A DNA stretch of 64,000 bases, taken from a virus (taxonomy: Duplodnaviria; Caudoviricetes). Both the position numbers and the translations under genes were made by a program. The stretch spans positions 128,001 through 192,000 of the IMG/VR virus record IMGVR_UViG_3300034053_000029; one strand, written 5' to 3'. The notes under the pieces are model-generated. The model saw only the letters and a list, made by a program, of their open reading frames with translations, ran no database searches and was not told the DNA's origin. Of this stretch, positions 27,443 to 38,383 are shown in pieces (within the stretch, counting starts at the first letter, position 1; each line of letters begins with the position of its first letter).

Positions 27443-29095
27443 TTAAAGATTCGAGTAGTTTCTTTCCAACGCAGCAACCAATGACACGGCATTCGCTTTT
27501 GATTTTGCGATAGTTGTTGTCGCTTTAACGTATTGTCCTGAACTCAAACCAATACCAACTGCGGTTACATCAGCGTTAGTGTTTGCGGTGCGATCACCAC
27601 CTGCAGTTTCATTATCGTAGTCGAATGTCCAAGTCACATTTGATGCAGAAGATACATCGCCGGTAATGTCAGTGCCATCTTTGTTCTTAACCAATTTAGC
27701 ACCAGACTCACCGAAGTCATTATTTGCACCGGTCAATGTGGTGTAGAACAACCAATACTTTGCTGACGCATCATTCTTCAAATTATCACCGAAGTTAATA
27801 GTGATAGTAGCAACGTATGGGAAGGTTCTCTTGTTACCGAGTGCATCGTAAAATTCAATATCGTTGGTGTCATTTGAATTGAATGAGTCAATATAAACGC
27901 CATTCGATGTTACCAATGTATCGCCCACGAAACGCAATAGTAGGTCAGCAGTTTTACCTGTTACGGAAGCACTAGCATCAGCATCAATATCCGAATTCTG
28001 ACGAAGTTGATATTGAACCTTCTCATATACTTCAGCACGAACCGCAGCACCGGATGCAGTTGCACCAACCGTAGTGTCAGCATCAATAATAACAGTGAAT
28101 GGGTAATAAACTGTACCAACTAATCTTTCACCTTCATACGCCGCCCAATTGGTTGCATTTGCTGATGGAAGTGTACCAGTTGAGGTATAAGCAAGTATAC
28201 ACTTATACCAACGATTATTTCCTGTATCTTTTACGACATCTGCGAGTGCATATACAGTTGCAGCAGCAAAATCGCCACGGACATTATATAACTCATCGCC
28301 GGTATGACGGAGATATGTGATATTGATATTCGTGTATGGTGCTAACGTAGAAACATCACCATCAATGTGAGTAACTTTAAGGTCGGCACCGTTCGATAGT
28401 GGAAAACGATACGCTTGATACGTCATTGAAGACGCACCGATTTCCGTGTTTGCTGACTGAACATACGTCTTAGCATATTCACGAAGGAATACTTTGAAGT
28501 ATGATCGTCTATCGTAACCGTCACCAAAAGCACCGTCGCCATTTGGATCAGAGTAAATCTGAACTGCTTGGTTGACGTTATTCGTTAGTTTGATGTTAGT
28601 TGCTGCACCACCTGCAACTTGTTGGAAATATGCTTGGTCAGTATTAGCAGCAAACGATCCCAAAGTGATGATACCTGCCCACATTTCTGTAACGGCACCG
28701 GCATTAGGCGCATCGGGTTTAACCACCGACCAACCACCAGTTCTAAGCAACTCAACTGTTGTCAATGACGCTGCAGTACCAGATGTCTCGGTCTTGTCCC
28801 AGTTCCAACCATTGATCATTTCAAACTGCTCGTCCGTGATTGGACCCATTGGGAATGCGAATTTGATGAGAGTGGTGTCTGTACGCCAAATTTCTTTTAA
28901 CTTTGAGTAGACACACTTGATGGTTACACCATCATTAGTCAAAGTTCCAGCTACTTTCAATGCCAATCTTTTATTAGCATAATCGATCAAAAGTTCGTCA
29001 GTTGCTGCTGCGAATATGGAAGCAATACTTACACCAGTAGCGGCATAAGAAAGCGAATCTGGATCGATAATTGGGTTTGAACCATATACTGCCAT
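27443..29095 (-). CDS. Virion structural protein
   Basis: IIDPD.L, DGVTIKCVYSKLKE.W, FPMGPITDEQFE, FDYD.....G.RT, VTAVGIGLSSGQYV; AAGGAG RBS and late promoter. Confidence 0.75.
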   Translation of the reverse strand: MAVYGSNPIIDPDSLSYAATGVSIASIFAAATDELLIDYANKRLALKVAGTLTNDGVTIKCVYSKLKEIWRTDTTLIKFAFPMGPITDEQFEMINGWNWDKTETSGTAASLTTVELLRTGGWSVVKPDAPNAGAVTEMWAGIITLGSFAANTDQAYFQQVAGGAATNIKLTNNVNQAVQIYSDPNGDGAFGDGYDRRSYFKVFLREYAKTYVQSANTEIGASSMTYQAYRFPLSNGADLKVTHIDGDVSTLAPYTNINITYLRHTGDELYNVRGDFAAATVYALADVVKDTGNNRWYKCILAYTSTGTLPSANATNWAAYEGERLVGTVYYPFTVIIDADTTVGATASGAAVRAEVYEKVQYQLRQNSDIDADASASVTGKTADLLLRFVGDTLVTSNGVYIDSFNSNDTNDIEFYDALGNKRTFPYVATITINFGDNLKNDASAKYWLFYTTLTGANNDFGESGAKLVKNKDGTDITGDVSSASNVTWTFDYDNETAGGDRTANTNADVTAVGIGLSSGQYVKATTTIAKSKANAVSLVAALERNYSNL

Positions 29096-29121
29096 TTGTT
29101 ATCTCCTTAAAGTTCTTATTA

Positions 29122-29129
29122 TATTTATG
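29122..29129 (-). promoter_or_regulatory. Late promoter CATAAATA
   Basis: Intergenic, followed by an AAGGAG RBS. Confidence 0.65.
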
Positions 29130-29130
29130 T

Positions 29131-32100
29131 TTATGCTGGGTTAGAGTACTGACGATCAAATGTTTGTTGAACTGGAATGGTCAACGTAGTACCATCCAAC
29201 ACCTGATCTTCTAAACGAATTGGTAAATAGTTTAGATGATGAATGACGATGATAATATCAGTATTTTCGTAGTAATCATAATTCAATGTGAATGTCGTAC
29301 CTGAACTTTCCGTACCACCCAATTCAAATCCATCAGAAATACGAAACACTCTAACTTCAGAATCTGTTTGCAATCCTGTTAGAACAAGTGATCCGGATGA
29401 ATATGCGTAGTTATATGCAGTATCTGTATCGGTCTCAGTGAATAATCTAAACGAATTCAAACGACTCGTAGGTTGTGGTGCAAACACGAAACTAGTGTTT
29501 ACTGCCGTAATGGTTGAATGAATACCACCGATAGGACATGAGCCTGATGCAGTCGATAATGTCGCATTCGTCCCAGCAAGGGCATTATTAAAAGAAGTGG
29601 CGATTGCAATTTGTGTGCTACCTATTACTTCAGATACATAATTAGTCGATCCTGATGCAATACCACCAAATGTCGTTCCGATAGCAACCACGCCCGCACC
29701 AACATAGAAGTTAGCATTAGATGTCAATGTGATAAGATTATTCGTTCCGTTTATGTTTTGTGTTCCAGTAGCAGAATGTGATTTGCTTACCAGCCAAGTC
29801 GAACCAGAGCCCGATCCTGCTATGTTGCTAACGATGTAAGTTCCTGTAAGGACGTTTGTTCCAGTTAGCATCATACCTGCTGCTACCACGCCAGTTGCTT
29901 GAGTCCCCACGGTAAATGTCGTACCAGTAATGTTAGAACCAGTCGTGGTTGCAGAAGCATTCGTTGTATTTGTCATCGTGGTATTCATCGTACCAGAATA
30001 AATGGTATTTGATGTCAACCATTCACCCGTGATATTCGAAACCACTAGCGATCCTGCAACAGTAGTAACCGCTTCATCATCGACCACCACTGCTGTTGCT
30101 GTTGGACTAGTAAGCGCATTTTGTACCACCCACCCAGGCATAAACTGCCCAACTTGAGCAGTATATTTTAGTGTTGGTCTCGCAGTAATTCTGAACTTTG
30201 GTCTAACTCCAGTTGATGGTGATATTCCAGTTTCGTCGGCAAGATTATTCATTCCGATTACGCCGTTCAACTGTTTCCACGTTCCACCGTAACCTGATCC
30301 TTTATCGAGTTGATATTCGATCAATACACCTAACGAAGTTACCAAATTCAACCCAAGGTCAGTCGAATAGATATGTGGTAATCTTCTTGTGAATCCAGTC
30401 AACCCCTTGACAAAATGAGGCCATTCGATAACTACTTGGTCTCCTGCTGTAGTCAACGCTAAGTTTCCGTCATTAGTGAAGAATGGAGTTCCTGAAGTAA
30501 TCGTGTATGGTTTCGATGCCTTTGAAGAAGCGATCAATCTAATATCCAAACATCCTCTTGGTTGTGATCCATAAGTATACTCACGAAACATACCATCAAA
30601 CACAGACTGACTTGTAATTTGTGATCCAGAATATGTTGGTTCTGAACTCAAATTCCATGTTGTCCCATTCTGTAACGGATACGGATCACCACCAAAAACA
30701 CCACGAATTTGTGTATCCAATGATTGAACATACCAAGGAACTCTTGCGACTCGATTCGATCTCACATTTTGAACTTTGATACCACTTGATGCGTTTGAAG
30801 TACTTGAACTATCCATATATGCTGTAGAAACATATGGTCTTACATTAATCACATCAATATTATGTAAGTACACTGAATATCCTGGACCAGCATAATAAAC
30901 ATATCCCAATGATCCATTGATTGTGTGCGTCGAATCTTTTACACTTACATTTGTTGCACCAGAAATCGGAAATAACAAAAATCCATGATGAATTTGTTTT
31001 GTATTGATTGGTTGGTAATTCGATACATTTATATTCGCTGCAGAAGTTATAGCAGAAATAACTGGTTCGACACCAGGAGATTGGTTACTGAATAGTAAAT
31101 TCTGAACCGTTGGTGTAAATGATGGTGTAGTTCCAATATGTAAATCTGCCCAAAATTGCCATGGTGAAGTGGACAACGTAGTTTCGATACCTGCTCCGCC
31201 GTCAATGTTCCATCCATATAATCCACCAGATGAATTCAAAAATTGTTGTGGAAATTGATACACAGGGAACGTGGTGGTGGCGTTTGCAATTGGTGGTGGT
31301 ACTGCACTTGTTCTTGTTACAGTAACGTGTGCCACATTTATTGATGACCCAATCGCAGGAAGTGTTATGACAGCATTGGTTGTCGATGCGGTTGTCGTAA
31401 ATGATACTGAGAATCTCTGCCATTGATTTGTTAGGTTCTTCGTTTCTGAAGTCGTACCCAAATCCATCTTCATGGTGATGTATGTTCGATTATCAGGTAA
31501 GTTTGCCCTTGCCCAAAGAGCAAAAGTGTGAACTGTACCAACTCCAGTCTGAATCGTTTGCGTTAGAGTTCCGTTTGCTGACGTAGCAATTAATTGAGTA
31601 GTAGTTGTGGCTGGGTTTGCTGAGTTGATACCGACAAAATTATTAAGTGGGGAAAACTGACCGGTTGCGTTGGTTGCAGTTATACCAGATGCAGTCCAAG
31701 GTGCAGTTGCTAAAGTTTCATTCTGTAATGCAAGATTCAAATAACACAAAGGTGCTTGTGGAATACAAGTGATCTCAGGCAACTCAAATCCTGCGACGAA
31801 TCTTAGTGTCTGCGTGGTGAATGTATTTGTGTTAGCAATTGAAACCGTCATGGAAGTATTACTATCAACCGTAACCACTTTACAATTCATACCGACGTTT
31901 GAACCATACACAAACATACCAGGAGCTGGACTAAACCCAACGTATGTTCTTGAATTACCACGATTTTTTACATCGGCAGTCAAATTGGCAGATAAGCGAA
32001 CGGTATCGAAGTCGATAACATCAATGACGGTTGTTCCAACAGGAATACCCACACCAGTTACGATTGATCCAGGAACAATACCTGCCGCATAGAAGTTCAA

Positions 32101-35100
32101 TGATAACGAAGTAAGTCTATCGGTTCCATTCTTACCTTCAACGTCATAAGTCGCTTGCCAGTAATAGAAACCAGTTGTTGGATTAGGAACATCGGTGAAT
32201 GTCGTAGTGATCGTAGATGCTGCTGCCGTACCAGAACAGTTTGCTACCGTATTGCTACCTGATAACTTTCTTACGACATAATGATACTCGGTGTCTCTTA
32301 CCACACCTAAAGGATCATCAAAATAACATACACTGGATGCACCCGTACCTAACGTGGTTCCTATGAAAGTTGTATTATCTCTTGCGGTGAATCCCGGTGT
32401 AGTCGATCTGAATATCTGATAAGCGTGCTTGTAAATTGTAAATGTCTGACCACTTATTGTTCTTAATGCAGGTTTACTTATTTCAAATGTCGTGGAGTTT
32501 GTGATAGAAGTCACCAATGTTCCACTGGTATTCGTTCCAACAGCAGGAGTACCGAAATAAATTGCACCAGAAATTGTACCACCGTTTGTAAGTACTGCAC
32601 CTACATATAATCCGGCAGTAGACGCACAAGTTACTGTCGTACTACCTAGTGTGGTTGCCACTGAAGTAAGAGTTAGACCCGCTGTCGTATATTCTTGCGC
32701 TTGTGATAATAATGAAATACGATTCCAAACTGGATAAACATTATCATATAACGTCCAAGTAGGAGTTCCTGCAGTAATGTCGGGTGTGTAAGCGAACTTA
32801 CCTGTTTGAGTAGAGATAACACCAACGGCATTACCGTTGTTTGTCATACTAATCCAATGGGTGCGTTCTGGCAAATATTTGAGTGCACCCCATGTTATCG
32901 AAGTTGCAGTATTTGATGTGGATACGACGTAACATTGACTTGCTCTTTGTGCATTTGTTGCATCGACTTGTGGATTACCACCATTGAGTGGAGTTGTTCC
33001 TGCAAGTAATACGAATGCGGTTCCGGTATAAATGATCTTGTTGTATGACATACCTGTGGGTAATGTAGGTGCGGTTCCTGCCGTCCAAGCAACACCATCA
33101 GCAGAACACGCTGTTGGACCATTAGTTGCTGACGCAGACACGCAACAGAATGTACCGTTACCATAAGCAATTGATTGCCATAACGATGACACATTCACAC
33201 CACCTACACTCCAAGTTGCCCCATCTGTAGAATATGATGTTGCCGTACTAGCAGTACCACCACCAGAAATCGCAACGTATCTTCCTGCACTATTTGAAGT
33301 AACATCGATCCAAACTGCAGATGCAAGAGTTGTTGCTGCAAATACGATAGACCCGTTTGTGATCGTTCCTCTTGTTCCTGCCGTACTTACTGCCGTACTT
33401 CCACCAACCGCCACCCACTTGTTAGTTGCTTGTGAATTATCAAATGCGAGTGCTGACCAAATGACAGATGCAGGTTCTGTTGTTACTGTCGACCAATCTT
33501 TACCATTCGTTGAATATGCGACTCTGGTAGAAGCAACACCACCACCTTGTATTGCCATGAAGTAATTTTGAGTAGGGCACCAAATAACTTTCCACCAGCC
33601 AGTTGTTGCTGAACCAATAGGCATCATCCATGAAGTCCAAGTTGCGCCATTATCCTCTGACACTAAGCAAGTATTCACACCTATATCTGATACTAATGCC
33701 ACCCATACTCCGTTACCATAAGCAAGCGTCGGTGCCGTGCTAGTTGCCCAAGCAGGTAATGCGCCCATTCTTAGTGGTAATTGTTTCCACTTCTCAGGAG
33801 CAGACATGATACCACACATCTTCATACCTTCAACATGGGTAGAAGTATCTGCAAAATTGAAACTTTTGTATGATTTTGTCTTAAACCAATACTTTGTATC
33901 GTTTGCTAAGAATGTTCCCGTTTCTGGATTGGTAAATGCACGATAACCAGATGCCCACGAATATCCTTCATTATGCAGACCAATTTTGTGAGTTATATTT
34001 GAAACACTGACGGTGTTAACTGCAGCCGCAGTTAAAATCGTAGATAAATTGTACGCTTTGATATTATTAAATGTTTGATTTGCCCCCGCAGTAGTTGTTG
34101 ATATTACACCATTATACGGGCGAGTTCTTGGGTAACTACCAACGGCAATGACTTTCAGTCCATCCACTGTTACGTTATTTGAATATGAAATACTAAATAC
34201 GCCAGCATTTGATGAACCAACACCAGGATTAGTGCTTGATCCCGCCGCCTGATGACCACCAAATGTCAAAACGATATTCGTAAATGTGGCGCCAGAAATA
34301 TATATCCAATATATTGCAGTGAATGAAGTCCCAGCTGATTGTCCCGTACCAGTATTCATTCTATGCTCACGCATTACCCAGTTGCCATAATATGTGAATG
34401 CAATAGTTCCTGCCGTGCCGAAAGCAGCAGTAGAAACTGTAACCGATGTTGCACTATTGACTGTTGTTACCGTACAAGCATGAAGGTTCGTTCCGGTCAA
34501 CAATACACCAGGAATAATTGCTGTTGATGATGGAATGGTAACGGTTGTCGTACTATTAGTCGAACCGGTTGCACCAAGAGCAGTTGCAGCAGTCAAACAC
34601 ATATTTGATGGTGGTAATCCAAACGCAGTATTAGTTACCGTGACCTGATAACACTCGGATACGAATGGAACGTAAGCAAATCCACAATTGGTTATGGTTA
34701 ACTTTGACGCTTGAGTGTAGTTAGAATACGATTCCCCAAACAAACACTTATTGAATGTGAATACCCCTCCGAATGGCGTAGTGAAATAACACCCTGCATT
34801 ATTTGACGCAAAGTTATTCAGTTGGAAGTTTGCGGTTGATGTATCGGTCAAGAGAATATTCTGAACACGAATCTTAGCACCGTTTGGTGGAATCTTTCCA
34901 TTTGTGCCATCACCAAAGCGCAGCGTAGTTGAATATTGCGAGCAGATTGGTAATATACCAATGATAGGAATGTTTGCAAATACGTTAGCGGCAATGACAG
35001 TCGAGTTTGTCGTGAATATAGTTGCACTAATAATTTGTTCAACTACGCAAGTTGCCGCTAAACCACGACCTGTTATCCATGTACCAGGAACCAATCCTGC

Positions 35101-36609
35101 CGTCGAAGTACAAGTGATGACGTTTGTATTTGGTATGCAATTACAATTTGCTAAGTTCAAATATTGAACTGCTGCTTGATTGAAATCTTGAGTGAAACAA
35201 GTACCAGAATCTCCATCAGATACAGATTGGAATCCGTTTCTGAAATATTTGTATGTTTGGAAATCGGATGCACCAGTTACATTCGTCCAAAGTTCATAAA
35301 TGCCTGTACCACTTCCTGTTTCAACTTCCAATGTTGGTATGTAATCACCATAAACGTATGGAGAAGTAAATGTTTGTCCTGCAGCACCATTAGATGTTCC
35401 GATTTGAATATAATCACCTTCAACTTCAACTGTTGCTAATCCTGACGCAGCAATAATTGTATTGAGAGCGACAGCAGTTGCAAGTTTGTTTGTGGTGAAT
35501 CGAATAGGAGTCGTGGTGCTAGTATTCTCTATGCGTAATTTACCATTGGTGATATTGAGTGCACTTGCACCAGTTAATGCTTTCTTTTGATCCGTATTTA
35601 CGGTTAGTGTTGCACCATTATTGATCGTGAGTGTATCGCCGGTCATGACCTTTGGTTCGATGAGATACACACCCAAAATTGCAGCATTAGGACCAGTGAA
35701 TGGTGTCCATGTAATACCATCAAATGAGAATGCAGCATTGGTCGAAAGTACCGTCAATGCGATAAACATCTGGCGGCCATCCCATGCCGCTTTACCACCA
35801 CCGATCAACCAGTTAGCAGACGCAGGTAGCGTAGTAGATGTCCATGTTGCTCCGTTGTCGGTTGAATATGCAGAAGCAGTACCTGTACTTGGAACGACAA
35901 CCCATGTTCCATTTGCTCCACCCATACTTGCCCACGAAATACTTGCCCATGCTGCTGTTGATGGGAGTGCTAATGATACCGTCGACCAACTTTGTCCATT
36001 GGTGCTAGTGTAAATGTCTCTTGTACCACTTCCAATAAGAATGAATTTACCATTACGATATTTTAGATCAGTCCATGTACCGGTTGCAGGTAAAGCGACC
36101 GGATTCCATGTGGTGCCATTGTCAGTTGAATATGCACTTGAAGTAGAACCAGACGCTACTGTGACGAATGTACCATTACCAAATTCAATCAAGTTCCATG
36201 CTGCTGCTGATGGTAAAGCACCACCTGCTGCCCAATCGAGGCCTGCTCTTGGTTTGAATAATGCACAAGAAGTTGATGACGTATTGACAGTGATAAACGT
36301 ACCATTACCAAAAGCGAGACCTTTCCATGCAGCACCTGCAGGGAGTGCGGTTGCTCGGTTTGTTGCACCACCGGTCAATTCTGGAGTAGTTGTTGCTGTT
36401 ACCGTCCTATTTGCTGCAATAAAAACTGCCAATTCATCTCCGAATGCGAATCCAGTCCAAGCGACGGCAGCATCATTGATGTTACCGGAAGTTGTCCATG
36501 TGAATCCATTGACCGATGATGAAATCGTTCTTGAAGATGCAATAGGTGCGTAGAATCTGTATCCTACTTCATTTAAATTTTGATTTGTTGTTGCTACATA
36601 AGCAGTCAT
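29131..36609 (-). CDS. Giant (2492 aa) fibre/adhesin-like virion protein with two beta-propeller repeat regions
   Basis: Repeats of W..(L/I)A(F/Y)GNG.F(V/C).V and S.DNG.TW in two clusters; Thr/Gly/Ser-rich; C-terminal LTGLQ.DSEVRVFR Ig/transthyretin-like domain. Confidence 0.8.
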   Translation of the reverse strand: MTAYVATTNQNLNEVGYRFYAPIASSRTISSSVNGFTWTTSGNINDAAVAWTGFAFGDELAVFIAANRTVTATTTPELTGGATNRATALPAGAAWKGLAFGNGTFITVNTSSTSCALFKPRAGLDWAAGGALPSAAAWNLIEFGNGTFVTVASGSTSSAYSTDNGTTWNPVALPATGTWTDLKYRNGKFILIGSGTRDIYTSTNGQSWSTVSLALPSTAAWASISWASMGGANGTWVVVPSTGTASAYSTDNGATWTSTTLPASANWLIGGGKAAWDGRQMFIALTVLSTNAAFSFDGITWTPFTGPNAAILGVYLIEPKVMTGDTLTINNGATLTVNTDQKKALTGASALNITNGKLRIENTSTTTPIRFTTNKLATAVALNTIIAASGLATVEVEGDYIQIGTSNGAAGQTFTSPYVYGDYIPTLEVETGSGTGIYELWTNVTGASDFQTYKYFRNGFQSVSDGDSGTCFTQDFNQAAVQYLNLANCNCIPNTNVITCTSTAGLVPGTWITGRGLAATCVVEQIISATIFTTNSTVIAANVFANIPIIGILPICSQYSTTLRFGDGTNGKIPPNGAKIRVQNILLTDTSTANFQLNNFASNNAGCYFTTPFGGVFTFNKCLFGESYSNYTQASKLTITNCGFAYVPFVSECYQVTVTNTAFGLPPSNMCLTAATALGATGSTNSTTTVTIPSSTAIIPGVLLTGTNLHACTVTTVNSATSVTVSTAAFGTAGTIAFTYYGNWVMREHRMNTGTGQSAGTSFTAIYWIYISGATFTNIVLTFGGHQAAGSSTNPGVGSSNAGVFSISYSNNVTVDGLKVIAVGSYPRTRPYNGVISTTTAGANQTFNNIKAYNLSTILTAAAVNTVSVSNITHKIGLHNEGYSWASGYRAFTNPETGTFLANDTKYWFKTKSYKSFNFADTSTHVEGMKMCGIMSAPEKWKQLPLRMGALPAWATSTAPTLAYGNGVWVALVSDIGVNTCLVSEDNGATWTSWMMPIGSATTGWWKVIWCPTQNYFMAIQGGGVASTRVAYSTNGKDWSTVTTEPASVIWSALAFDNSQATNKWVAVGGSTAVSTAGTRGTITNGSIVFAATTLASAVWIDVTSNSAGRYVAISGGGTASTATSYSTDGATWSVGGVNVSSLWQSIAYGNGTFCCVSASATNGPTACSADGVAWTAGTAPTLPTGMSYNKIIYTGTAFVLLAGTTPLNGGNPQVDATNAQRASQCYVVSTSNTATSITWGALKYLPERTHWISMTNNGNAVGVISTQTGKFAYTPDITAGTPTWTLYDNVYPVWNRISLLSQAQEYTTAGLTLTSVATTLGSTTVTCASTAGLYVGAVLTNGGTISGAIYFGTPAVGTNTSGTLVTSITNSTTFEISKPALRTISGQTFTIYKHAYQIFRSTTPGFTARDNTTFIGTTLGTGASSVCYFDDPLGVVRDTEYHYVVRKLSGSNTVANCSGTAAASTITTTFTDVPNPTTGFYYWQATYDVEGKNGTDRLTSLSLNFYAAGIVPGSIVTGVGIPVGTTVIDVIDFDTVRLSANLTADVKNRGNSRTYVGFSPAPGMFVYGSNVGMNCKVVTVDSNTSMTVSIANTNTFTTQTLRFVAGFELPEITCIPQAPLCYLNLALQNETLATAPWTASGITATNATGQFSPLNNFVGINSANPATTTTQLIATSANGTLTQTIQTGVGTVHTFALWARANLPDNRTYITMKMDLGTTSETKNLTNQWQRFSVSFTTTASTTNAVITLPAIGSSINVAHVTVTRTSAVPPPIANATTTFPVYQFPQQFLNSSGGLYGWNIDGGAGIETTLSTSPWQFWADLHIGTTPSFTPTVQNLLFSNQSPGVEPVISAITSAANINVSNYQPINTKQIHHGFLLFPISGATNVSVKDSTHTINGSLGYVYYAGPGYSVYLHNIDVINVRPYVSTAYMDSSSTSNASSGIKVQNVRSNRVARVPWYVQSLDTQIRGVFGGDPYPLQNGTTWNLSSEPTYSGSQITSQSVFDGMFREYTYGSQPRGCLDIRLIASSKASKPYTITSGTPFFTNDGNLALTTAGDQVVIEWPHFVKGLTGFTRRLPHIYSTDLGLNLVTSLGVLIEYQLDKGSGYGGTWKQLNGVIGMNNLADETGISPSTGVRPKFRITARPTLKYTAQVGQFMPGWVVQNALTSPTATAVVVDDEAVTTVAGSLVVSNITGEWLTSNTIYSGTMNTTMTNTTNASATTTGSNITGTTFTVGTQATGVVAAGMMLTGTNVLTGTYIVSNIAGSGSGSTWLVSKSHSATGTQNINGTNNLITLTSNANFYVGAGVVAIGTTFGGIASGSTNYVSEVIGSTQIAIATSFNNALAGTNATLSTASGSCPIGGIHSTITAVNTSFVFAPQPTSRLNSFRLFTETDTDTAYNYAYSSGSLVLTGLQTDSEVRVFRISDGFELGGTESSGTTFTLNYDYYENTDIIIVIHHLNYLPIRLEDQVLDGTTLTIPVQQTFDRQYSNPA

Positions 36610-37145
36610 GCGTACACCTCAGGCCAATTATTTTCAATATCAAAATGCTCAGGATACTCCAATGCCTCACATTGCGCTTTCAGGTATTCTGCATACCCAT
36701 AAATGGTTTGTTCTTGTGTCATTTGGGCATAATATATCGATGTTGCTAATTCAGGTGTCATCTCAACCTTCTCGCCTGACATTGTTTTCCACATGATCCC
36801 TGCAGGTAAATTATTTCCTGCGATAATCAATGATAGTTGTTGCACTTTTGAATGCGTGTCTGAGTGATACCAATACTCACCGACCTTGCATCCACCAGTA
36901 TGAATCTTGGTGTCACGAATCTCTTGAATGCGCTTCCATACCGTGTCGAATATGTCTAATCGTGCGTTATTGATGGGACCAAATTCTCCGGCAGCAGCAC
37001 GGGTGAAAAGTTCTCTATTGTATTCATCGGTATCATCACTATGAGCAATGAATGGGACTTCAGAATCGTGGTCAACAAATTTAACGATCAAACTTATCGA
37101 AGTTCTTGTCTTCCATATTGGTTTTAGCGCATACTCATAGTTCAT
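36606..37145 (-). CDS. Tail fibre assembly chaperone, DUF4376-like (start reassigned to 37145)
   Basis: PFIAH.DD...Y.RELF.RA..GEFGPI; WYHSD..S..Q; I.WKT..G..V.MT. A late promoter at 37175 favours Met32 of the track ORF as the start. Confidence 0.75.
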   Translation of the reverse strand: MNYEYALKPIWKTRTSISLIVKFVDHDSEVPFIAHSDDTDEYNRELFTRAAAGEFGPINNARLDIFDTVWKRIQEIRDTKIHTGGCKVGEYWYHSDTHSKVQQLSLIIAGNNLPAGIMWKTMSGEKVEMTPELATSIYYAQMTQEQTIYGYAEYLKAQCEALEYPEHFDIENNWPEVYA

Positions 37146-37174
37146 TGTATTTCCAACACTGTTAGGTAATACTA

Positions 37175-37182
37175 TATTTATG
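37175..37182 (-). promoter_or_regulatory. Late promoter CATAAATA
   Basis: Immediately after the stop of the 37186 gene. Confidence 0.55.
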
Positions 37183-37185
37183 TCA

Positions 37186-37527
37186 TCACTTGCAATATAT
37201 CTTGCGCTCCCATCGATCCTTACAATTTTCACCGGCACATGATTTGATTTCGTTCTTCAACCACTGCAAGTTTTCAATCTTATCACACCCACCACACGCT
37301 AACGGAATAACATGATCTATCGCCCAACCGAGGCAAGAACCCATCGCTTTACCTGTTGATGGGCAATGGTATAACTTCCTGAACTCAAATAAAACCTTGT
37401 TGTCTCGTTTTATCTTACCATCAACCGTTCTTTCTGGTGCCCCACATATTCTTGAATCTGCAGCATGATATGGATCAGGATGAGCAAGTGCAAGTGTTGG
37501 GAGTATCAATAGAAATAAGAATTTCAT
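37186..37527 (-). CDS. Signal-peptide-bearing small HNH nuclease-like protein
   Basis: MKFLFLLILPTLALA signal; CPSTG...C.GWAIDHVIPLACGGCD..ENLQWL; 8 Cys. Confidence 0.72.
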   Translation of the reverse strand: MKFLFLLILPTLALAHPDPYHAADSRICGAPERTVDGKIKRDNKVLFEFRKLYHCPSTGKAMGSCLGWAIDHVIPLACGGCDKIENLQWLKNEIKSCAGENCKDRWERKIYCK

Positions 37528-37823
37528 CTTAATGTTGGTGTTGTCGTTGCTGCATGAGTTGGTGGGCGGCGATCCATACGATCAAGTAACATTTCGATCA
37601 ATCTTTCTTGTCTTGCTTGTGACGCTTGGATCGATTGTGTTCTTTCATCAACTCGGTCACTTTGCGAACGAATCTGGACAATTTCTTTCTTAACTTCCGC
37701 ATTTGATTTGACTGCCTCTTCCAAAGACTGAATCTTGTATTGTGCTTGACCCCATGCTGCACTCATTGAAGATAAAGCAACGATGAGAAACCAATGTTTT
37801 TGGAGCCATTCAACCATTTTCAT
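37524..37823 (-). CDS. Single-TM coiled-coil membrane protein (holin/spanin-like)
   Basis: WFLIVALSSMSAAWG hydrophobic segment followed by a heptad-rich region. Confidence 0.6.
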   Translation of the reverse strand: MKMVEWLQKHWFLIVALSSMSAAWGQAQYKIQSLEEAVKSNAEVKKEIVQIRSQSDRVDERTQSIQASQARQERLIEMLLDRMDRRPPTHAATTTPTLR

Positions 37824-38046
37824 GTCCCTTCACTTTAAATCCAAAACTCTTAGCCCTCTTGACAAAATCACCTAAATCTTTTGCATGGATGTTTACATTA
37901 TGAGTGCCTAGCTTTTTACCGTGTAATGGTAAACCTGCAGTTGATTGATGATGAATAATAGAAACTGGATGCATTCCATTCTCATTTGGTTCACCCACAT
38001 GAACTGTTGCCATTTCCAATATAAAATCTTTAAATGTTTTCATCAT
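37810..38046 (-). CDS. Putative internal head protein with capsid-targeting sequence
   Basis: MKTFKDFILE N-terminus; 8 His in 78 aa; GGAG RBS. Confidence 0.65.
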   Translation of the reverse strand: MMKTFKDFILEMATVHVGEPNENGMHPVSIIHHQSTAGLPLHGKKLGTHNVNIHAKDLGDFVKRAKSFGFKVKGHENG

Positions 38047-38068
38047 TTCTCCGTCGATTCAATAATAA

Positions 38069-38383
38069 TTATCCAAAATATAATATATTGTCTGAAAATC
38101 TATCTCTTTTACATTCATGTAACACTTTTGGTATCTTGTGGTTGTCAAGCAAAGTACCAATCTCCAATTTAATAACTTTATATGAATCGCATTGTATATC
38201 TATATACTTACCATTTTTCTCTTCATAAAAAGGTTTTTTGAATTTTAAAGCTAAAGCTCCATTCAGATTGCCCTCTAATGGTTCTTCATTTAATGCAGAT
38301 TGTATCTCATTCAATTCTGTGTCATTCAATTCATAGAATCGATGAATTAAATCGGTTGCAACAATTTTTAATGTAGTTATCAT
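38069..38383 (-). CDS. Hypothetical protein
   Basis: 104-aa ORF, ATGA-coupled to the upstream gene. Confidence 0.6.
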   Translation of the reverse strand: MITTLKIVATDLIHRFYELNDTELNEIQSALNEEPLEGNLNGALALKFKKPFYEEKNGKYIDIQCDSYKVIKLEIGTLLDNHKIPKVLHECKRDRFSDNILYFG

